DNA of 44,308 nucleotides from an uncultured Bacilli bacterium (GTDB lineage Bacteria; Bacillota_I; Bacilli_A; RF39; UBA660): NCBI GenBank assembly GCA_947628785.1, contig CANRBE010000003.1, positions 1 to 44,308 of the forward strand, read 5' to 3'. Shown piece by piece: positions 39,067 to 44,308 of this stretch (position 1 is its first letter; each line of letters starts with the position of its first letter). The notes under the pieces were generated by a model. It saw only the letters and a program-made list of their open reading frames with translations, ran no database searches and was not told where the DNA came from. The position numbers and the translations under genes were made by a program.

Positions 39067-39231
39067 ATGCGTTCTTTTCATAGTTGGGGGTATTTATTAA
39101 TATTAGTTTTTATTGTTTTAGCTATTTATCAGTTAATTCTTACTTTCTTCTTTTTTACTAGATTTAATTTTGGTCTATTTTTTATTTTTTTAATTTGTCT
39201 TTTGTTTTTCTCCTTTAGAACTTTTAAGTGA
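39067..39231 (+). CDS. 54-aa hydrophobic small membrane protein
   Basis: SD AGGTGA before ATG 39067; two TM-like segments; upstream AC-16 nt-CATATAATA. Confidence 0.5.
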   Translation: MRSFHSWGYLLILVFIVLAIYQLILTFFFFTRFNFGLFFIFLICLLFFSFRTFK

Positions 39232-40092
39232 AACATAATAACTTGTTTTATACATTTTATCTATTTGTTTACTCCATTTTTTTACAGTTTCATATTCTTT
39301 TTTTTCAAAAGTTAATTTATCAGGCATCGTTATTAAAATATAAAATAAAACCTTTTCTTCTTCTAATAAAGGATAATGACTTTGATATATATTAAAAATA
39401 GATTCAAAATCAAAATCATAGTAATGTTTTTGATACAAGTGATATATATCATATATTGGCATACCAATAGAAGCTTTATCCCAACTAATTAAATAAGGAT
39501 ATTTACTTCTTATTAAATGACTAAGTTCTAAATTATTATGTAAAACAACAAAACGTTGTTTTCTTTTTTCTTTAATTAATTGATACCATTTATCTAATTG
39601 TTTTTTAGAATAAAATATTGCTTCATATATTATTGTTATATTACGAGCTAGTAAATATTCTGCAGGACTCATATATATTTTAGTTTCAATTACTTTTATT
39701 AAATCATCATAATAATGTTTTAAATAATCGATATCCTGATTTAGATTTTCATATATTTCTTTATAGTTATCTTCATCTACCTCTTTATAAAAAGTAGTTT
39801 TATTATGCAGTAAAGCTACTAATTCAATTAGGTCGACCATTTTTTGTTCAGCAGGCATATTGATAGGTTCAATATATTCAGACAGTATATACTCATCATC
39901 TTCTCCTATTTTTTTAGGATAATAAGTAAAACTTCTCGCATTTAGATATTTATATATATCATTGTTATTTTTCTTTTTTACGACATATTTACCTTGATTA
40001 GTATCTATTATAGTTACTTTGCCATTATTTTCATAACGGGTAGCTTTTAAATCATACTCATTTAATAAATCTTTAATTTTCCACATTGTCAA
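39190..40092 (-). CDS. ysxE: YsxE/CotS-like spore coat kinase-like protein
   Basis: IDT..GKYV.K, ALLHNKT, VLHNNLELSHL, LISWDKA; downstream of the LysM gene as in spoVID-ysxE. Confidence 0.65.
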   Translation of the reverse strand: MTMWKIKDLLNEYDLKATRYENNGKVTIIDTNQGKYVVKKKNNNDIYKYLNARSFTYYPKKIGEDDEYILSEYIEPINMPAEQKMVDLIELVALLHNKTTFYKEVDEDNYKEIYENLNQDIDYLKHYYDDLIKVIETKIYMSPAEYLLARNITIIYEAIFYSKKQLDKWYQLIKEKRKQRFVVLHNNLELSHLIRSKYPYLISWDKASIGMPIYDIYHLYQKHYYDFDFESIFNIYQSHYPLLEEEKVLFYILITMPDKLTFEKKEYETVKKWSKQIDKMYKTSYYVSLKSSKGEKQKTN

Positions 40093-40723
40093 CAGGAATA
40101 ATTATTTTATCCATAATTTTTAAGTCATTTAAGTTATTATATGCCTCTAATTCTTCTTTAGTAACTTGATATTTTTTCATAATTGATTCTAAGGTATCAC
40201 CTTCTCTAACAATTAATACTTTATAACTTTGATAGGTTTCTTTAGTCATATCAAAATTAGCTATATTAGACATATCTTCTAAAGGAAGTTCTTTATTTTT
40301 AGTTTCAGTTATAAATTCTTCTTCAATACAACGTTCTTTTTCTTCTTTTGTATCTTCCTTTATCTTTTCTATTTCTTCTACTTTTCTTTCATCTACTTCT
40401 TTTTCTTCAATATTATCTAAACAAACATCTATATTTACAGCTAATATATTGTTATTTATTATTTCATAATAAAAATCATCAATATCTATACTAGATTTTG
40501 ATATATCATATTTTTCATCAATTTGTATAGCAAATGGCAAATCAAAATAAAAGTCCTCAGTATTAACACTAGTTTCACTTATTTTATAACTACCACTAAT
40601 TATAAAATTACCTTTAACTTCTTGTTCTTCTTTGGTTATTTCATGTTCGAGTGATATACTAGCAATCTCAGCTAAATTTGTTTTAAAAATAAGATTTTTT
40701 TTGAATGGTATTATTTTTTTCAT
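40073..40723 (-). CDS. spoVID: Short SpoVID-like coat morphogenetic protein with C-terminal LysM
   Basis: N-terminal SISLE..I..G...ISG.Y..IDDFYYEI, acidic linker, IVREGDTLESI..KY.V LysM. Confidence 0.6.
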   Translation of the reverse strand: MKKIIPFKKNLIFKTNLAEIASISLEHEITKEEQEVKGNFIISGSYKISETSVNTEDFYFDLPFAIQIDEKYDISKSSIDIDDFYYEIINNNILAVNIDVCLDNIEEKEVDERKVEEIEKIKEDTKEEKERCIEEEFITETKNKELPLEDMSNIANFDMTKETYQSYKVLIVREGDTLESIMKKYQVTKEELEAYNNLNDLKIMDKIIIPVDNVEN

Positions 40724-40744
40724 AAACTTCTCCTCTCTATAAAA

Positions 40745-40772
40745 ATATTATGTGAGGAGATTATTTTTATTC
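40745..40772 (-). promoter_or_regulatory. SigmaE-type promoter of the spoVID-ysxE-like operon
   Basis: GAATA-15 nt-CATAATAT upstream of the SD; spoVID is sigmaE-dependent in B. subtilis. Confidence 0.5.
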
Positions 40773-41564
40773 ATGTTTATTTAAAAGATTATAAAAAGCA
40801 TCCTTGATAGTTTTTGATACATTTATTTTTTTATATTCACTATTTTTTTTAAAATAGGCTAAATATTCTATATTGCCATCACCACCTAGTATTGGTGAAA
40901 AAGTAAGTCCATTAATTATAAAGTTATAATCTTTAAATTTGTTTATTATGTTTATTATTATATTTTTATGGACTATTTTATTTCTAACTACTCCTTTATA
41001 TTTAAAAGCTATATCCTTTCCACATTCAAATTGGGGTTTAATTAATAGAATTATTTCTTTTAAATTAGGTAAAGTTTTTAATTTATCCAATAATTTTAAT
41101 ACAGATATAAAAGATACATCAATACAGGCAATATCAACATCTTTAAGTAGCTTATCATCAACATTTCTAAAATCGGTGTTTTCATATAATGAAACTTTAC
41201 CTGTATTTAATACTTTTTTAGAAAATTGGTTACTACCTACATCAATAGCTACAATTTTGTTGATATTTTCTTTAATAGCACAATCAGAAAAACCACCAGT
41301 TGATGAACCGATATCAACCATATTTTTATTTGTTAAGTTTATAGAAAATTCATCAAGGGCTTTTTTTAGTTTCAATCCACCTTTAGATACATATGGTAAA
41401 ACATTTTCTTTTATAGTTAAGATATCATTATCATTTACTTGATAACTACGTTTTAATATTTGTTTACCATTACAAAAGACAACACCTTTATCAATAACAT
41501 AACTAGCTTTACTACGGCTTTCGATAAGTCCTCTTTTAACTAGTTCCACATCTAATCTCGTCAT
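40767..41564 (-). CDS. tlyA: TlyA family rRNA methyltransferase
   Basis: S4 domain RLD..LV.RGL, YVSKGGLKL, DIGSSTGGF, DVSFIS, LIKPQFE, GNIEY. Confidence 0.95.
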   Translation of the reverse strand: MTRLDVELVKRGLIESRSKASYVIDKGVVFCNGKQILKRSYQVNDNDILTIKENVLPYVSKGGLKLKKALDEFSINLTNKNMVDIGSSTGGFSDCAIKENINKIVAIDVGSNQFSKKVLNTGKVSLYENTDFRNVDDKLLKDVDIACIDVSFISVLKLLDKLKTLPNLKEIILLIKPQFECGKDIAFKYKGVVRNKIVHKNIIINIINKFKDYNFIINGLTFSPILGGDGNIEYLAYFKKNSEYKKINVSKTIKDAFYNLLNKHE

Positions 41565-41656
41565 TTTGTTACTCCTTTTATATATTATTTCTTTACATTT
41601 TTATTACCTAAATAATACCTTATTATTATACTTATTTCAAGTTTTTCATTAAAACT

Positions 41657-41767
41657 AAAAATACCCTAATTCTATTTGAGTTAGGGTATTACCGAAAAAA
41701 ATCTTAAGTAGCACTTAACTAATCAATATTAAGTATTCCTTTTTTATTATATGAAATTTCTTTCACT
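41657..41767 (-). ncRNA. Candidate sRNA, paralog without an adjacent cognate peptide gene
   Basis: Minus promoter TTGACT-17 nt-TAATAT with TGn (41802-41774), GAAA-loop hairpin, central hairpin, terminator. Confidence 0.55.
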
Positions 41768-41802
41768 AAATACATATTATCATATCATTATGGTAAAGTC
41801 AA
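41657..41802. repeat. Direct repeat copy 1 (~145 bp; copy 2 at 42087-42235)
   Basis: Shared CCCTAATTCTATTTGAGTTAGGG, GTAGCACTTAAC, TTATTATATGAAATTTCTTTCA, TAAATACATATTATCATA, AAGTCAA. Confidence 0.9.
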
Positions 41803-41832
41803 ATGGTTTTCCATTGAAATATAAAGGTTAAT

Positions 41833-41849
41833 TGTCGATTTTTGTCGAA
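41833..41849 (+). promoter_or_regulatory. Tandem Spo0A-box-like motifs
   Basis: TGTCGAT (41833) and perfect TGTCGAA (41843), 10 bp apart; related motif at 23210-23226. Confidence 0.45.
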
Positions 41850-41878
41850 CGTTTTTTTAACAAATTTCATTTGTTCGC

Positions 41879-41907
41879 TTGTTTTTCTTTTTCACATGTA
41901 CTATGAT
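41879..41907 (+). promoter_or_regulatory. SigmaA-type promoter of the small-peptide mRNA (locus 2)
   Basis: TTGTTT-17 nt-TATGAT; predicted +1 near 41914, where the fold-back segment begins. Confidence 0.6.
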
Positions 41908-41962
41908 TTATTTAGGACACTTAATAGTTAGGGGCTACCTCCATAAAAAGGAGGTGTTGCCT

Positions 41963-42055
41963 ATGAGTAAAAAAGATTTTTTAATCTTTTCTCAATTTGT
42001 TATAAATTGTGCTCTCATAGGAGTGATTTACATCTTAGTTTTAACTCTAAGATAG
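41963..42055 (+). CDS. 30-aa hydrophobic peptide MSKKDFLIFSQFVINCALIGVIYILVLTLR, candidate type I toxin
   Basis: AAGGAGGTG SD sequestered by ACCTCC (41937-42); single TM helix; convergent antisense RNA. Confidence 0.7.
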   Translation: MSKKDFLIFSQFVINCALIGVIYILVLTLR

Positions 42056-42086
42056 TAGACTTGACATCACGACTTTACATCAAGAT

Positions 42087-42200
42087 AAAAAAATACCCCT
42101 AATTCTATTTGAGTTAGGGGCTAACAAAAATAAAATTTGGTAGCACTTAACACGCAAATATTAAGTGTTCCTTTTTTTATTATATGAAATTTCTTTCATT
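42087..42200 (-). ncRNA. Candidate antisense antitoxin sRNA (locus 2)
   Basis: Minus promoter TTGACT-17 nt-TAATAT with TGn (42235-42207); terminator CCCCTAA/TTAGGGG with a minus-strand U tract; overlaps the mRNA 3' UTR. Confidence 0.65.
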
Positions 42201-42237
42201 AAATACATATTATCATAAACAAAACATCAAGTCAACA

Positions 42238-42266
42238 TTGACAGGCAACAAAAAAAGATATATAAT
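42238..42266 (+). promoter_or_regulatory. SigmaA promoter of the alaS leader
   Basis: Consensus TTGACA-17 nt-TATAAT. Confidence 0.85.
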
Positions 42267-42287
42267 TAAAACATATTTTTTATTAAT

Positions 42288-42466
42288 CAGTGATGAAGAA
42301 AAAGTAATTATTGGTCTATATAGAGAGCTAGTGATTGGTGAAAACTAGTTAGATAAATAATGAAATAGCTACCTTCTAAGATTAATCGGTTAAAACCGTT
42401 ATATTAATTAAGTAAAATAAAGGATGGTACCGCATTATTTGCTCCTTGCAAGTAATGCTTTTTTTA
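42288..42466 (+). promoter_or_regulatory. Ala T-box riboswitch
   Basis: AGAGAG box, GGTGAAA loop, specifier GCT (42368-70), T-box AAGGATGGTACCGC (42420-33), terminator GCATTATTTGC/GCAAGTAATGC plus T run. Confidence 0.92.
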
Positions 42467-42491
42467 TTTACCATTTGAAAGGAGAAGAAAA

Positions 42492-44279
42492 ATGAATTTA
42501 AAAGATTTATACATTGATTTTTTTAAAAGTAAAGGACATAAACAAATACCAAGTGCACCAGTAGTGCCTGAAAATGACCCATCAGTACTTTTTAATATTG
42601 CTGGAATGCAACCATTAATTCCATATTTAATGGGACAAACTCACCCCTATGGAACTAGACTTTGTAACTACCAAAAATGTATTAGAACCGTTGACTTAGA
42701 ATGTGTTGGTGATAAAACACATCACACATTTTTCGAAATGTTAGGTAATTGGAGTTTAGGTGATTACTTTAAAAATGAAAGCATTGAATGGAGTTTTGAA
42801 TTTTTAACCAAAATACTTAAAATAGATGTAAATAAATTAGCAATTACTGTTTTTGCAGGTAACGATGATATTCCCTTTGATGAAGTATCATATAATAAAT
42901 GGTTAAGTTTAGGCATAACAAAAGAACGTATAGCTAAAACTAGCGATGATAACTTTTGGATAGCTGGTAGCTCTGGACCATGTGGGCCTGATACTGAAAT
43001 ATTTTACTGGCAAGGTAGTAAAAAACCACCTGTTAAATTTGATACAAGCGATGAAAATTGGGTGGAAATATGGAACAATGTTTTTATGGAATTTAATAAA
43101 AATACCGATGGTACAATCAGTGAATTACCTAAAAAAAATGTTGATACAGGTATGGGAGTTGAAAGAGTTACCGCTATATTAGAAAAAGTAGATGATAACT
43201 ACCTATCTAGTATTTGGAAAAACACAATAGATTTAATATCTAAACTAAGTAACTTACCTTATAAAGGTAATGAAAAAAGTATGCGTATTATAGCTGACCA
43301 TCTTAGAACATCAATCTTTATAATAGCTGATCCAGCCGATATCAGACCAAGTAATACCGAACAAGGATATATACTTAGAAGATTAATTAGGAGAGCTATT
43401 CGTCATATTAAAACTTTAGGTATAGATATAAATAGTAATTGGGAAAGCAAACTAACAGACATAATAGTTAAACAGTACCAAAAATATTATCCAGAATTAA
43501 AACAAAAAAAGGAAACTATTATAAATACATTAAAAATTGAAAAAGAAAAATTCAATAAAACCTTAGAAAGAGGACTTAAAAAATTTGAAAAAGCTATTCA
43601 AAATAGCCATCATATCGATGGAACCTTAGCCTTTCATTTATTCGATACCTATGGTTTTCCTTTAGAACTTACAGTTGAACTAGCTAAAGAAAAAAACATT
43701 GATGTTGATATAGAAGGATTTAAACAAAAATTTATGGAACATCAAGAAAAAAGTAGAACCGCAACTGCATTAAAATTTAAAGGAGGATTAGCTGGCAACC
43801 AAGAAATAGAAATAAAATACCATACAGCTACCCACCTTTTAAATGCTGCTTTAAAACAAATTATTGGTAAAGGTGTTCATCAAAAAGGTTCAAACATAAC
43901 CTCAGAAAGAATGAGATTTGATTTTAGTTGTGACCATAAACTTACCGATATAGAAAAACAGAAAGTAGAAGATTTAGTAAATAAATGGATTGATGAAAGC
44001 TTACCTGTTACTGTAAAAGAAATGCCAAAAGATGAAGCTTTAAAAACAGGAGCTGAATGTATGTTTATCGAAAAATATCCTGATATTGTAACAGTATATT
44101 CAATCGGTGATATCTCTAAAGAACTTTGTGGTGGACCTCATGTTAAAAACACTAAAGAATTAGGAAAATTCATCATAAAAAAAGAAGAATCTAGTTCTAG
44201 TGGAGTAAGAAGAATTAAAGCCATCTTAAAAGGTTCTATGTCAAGTAGTGTTGGTGGAGCCAAAACTCATGATAAATGA
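42492..44279 (+). CDS. alaS: Alanine--tRNA ligase (short form lacking C-Ala)
   Basis: F..AGMQP, HHTFFEMLGNWS.GDYFK, DTGMG.ER, editing motifs HTATHLL and ELCGGPH. Confidence 0.97.
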   Translation: MNLKDLYIDFFKSKGHKQIPSAPVVPENDPSVLFNIAGMQPLIPYLMGQTHPYGTRLCNYQKCIRTVDLECVGDKTHHTFFEMLGNWSLGDYFKNESIEWSFEFLTKILKIDVNKLAITVFAGNDDIPFDEVSYNKWLSLGITKERIAKTSDDNFWIAGSSGPCGPDTEIFYWQGSKKPPVKFDTSDENWVEIWNNVFMEFNKNTDGTISELPKKNVDTGMGVERVTAILEKVDDNYLSSIWKNTIDLISKLSNLPYKGNEKSMRIIADHLRTSIFIIADPADIRPSNTEQGYILRRLIRRAIRHIKTLGIDINSNWESKLTDIIVKQYQKYYPELKQKKETIINTLKIEKEKFNKTLERGLKKFEKAIQNSHHIDGTLAFHLFDTYGFPLELTVELAKEKNIDVDIEGFKQKFMEHQEKSRTATALKFKGGLAGNQEIEIKYHTATHLLNAALKQIIGKGVHQKGSNITSERMRFDFSCDHKLTDIEKQKVEDLVNKWIDESLPVTVKEMPKDEALKTGAECMFIEKYPDIVTVYSIGDISKELCGGPHVKNTKELGKFIIKKEESSSSGVRRIKAILKGSMSSSVGGAKTHDK

Positions 44280-44308
44280 ACAATATAGAGAGCTAAAAAA
44301 TTAGCTTC
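44232..44308. mobile_element. Possible ISL3-family terminal inverted repeat, truncated by the window end
   Basis: GGTTCTATGTCAAGTAGTGTTGGTGG starts right after the conserved RRIKAILK codons and resembles GG(C/T)TCT..GTCAA ISL3-type ends. Confidence 0.5.

Noticed and set aside
41846-41877. CGAAC...GTTCG as a LexA box
   Set aside because: Spacer is about 22 nt rather than 4; no such box seen upstream of dinB either
41657-42235. Repeats as a CRISPR array or retron ncRNA
   Set aside because: Only two long divergent copies, no regular spacers, no cas or reverse transcriptase gene in the window
697-43182. Short antisense or alternate-frame ORFs in the track (697..939, 1534..1722, 4006..4245, 6468..6833, 8493..8693, 28092..28274, 31222..31404, 33267..34870 set, 40939..41442, 42982..43182)
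   Set aside because: They overlap well-supported genes, have no convincing SD and show shadow-frame composition

Overview
A very AT-rich Bacillota chromosomal segment using genetic code 11 (TGA reads as stop). Gene content suggests a reduced, spore-forming Bacilli lineage such as RF39 (inference). It carries housekeeping genes (dusB, yebC, tex, dinB, dnaE, rpmB, uppP, yqeG/yqeH, tlyA, T-box-controlled alaS), sporulation genes (spoVAC-D-E, dacB-spmA-spmB, spoVID/ysxE-like), a class B sortase with candidate substrates, an Rpn nuclease, XRE regulators, a large prepilin-type protein and many orphans. The most striking unannotated signal is in the two long intergenic gaps (about 23.2-23.6 kb and 41.6-42.2 kb), which share one layout. 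In order: tandem Spo0A-box-like motifs, a sigmaA promoter, a transcript whose 5' and 3' ends are complementary, a hairpin-sequestered SD, a ~30-codon ORF, and a convergent ~110-nt antisense RNA with its own promoter, 5' GAAA-tetraloop hairpin and terminator. This reads as a candidate type I toxin-antitoxin-like family, possibly linked to sporulation. Other signals: a pseudoknot-capable ncRNA candidate at 23.8-23.9 kb, an internal RpnS start inside rpn, an ISL3-like end fused to the alaS 3' end, a poly-T frameshift in a DUF898-like gene, and readable sigmaG/E/K-type promoters. All calls come from reading the sequence; no searches were run.
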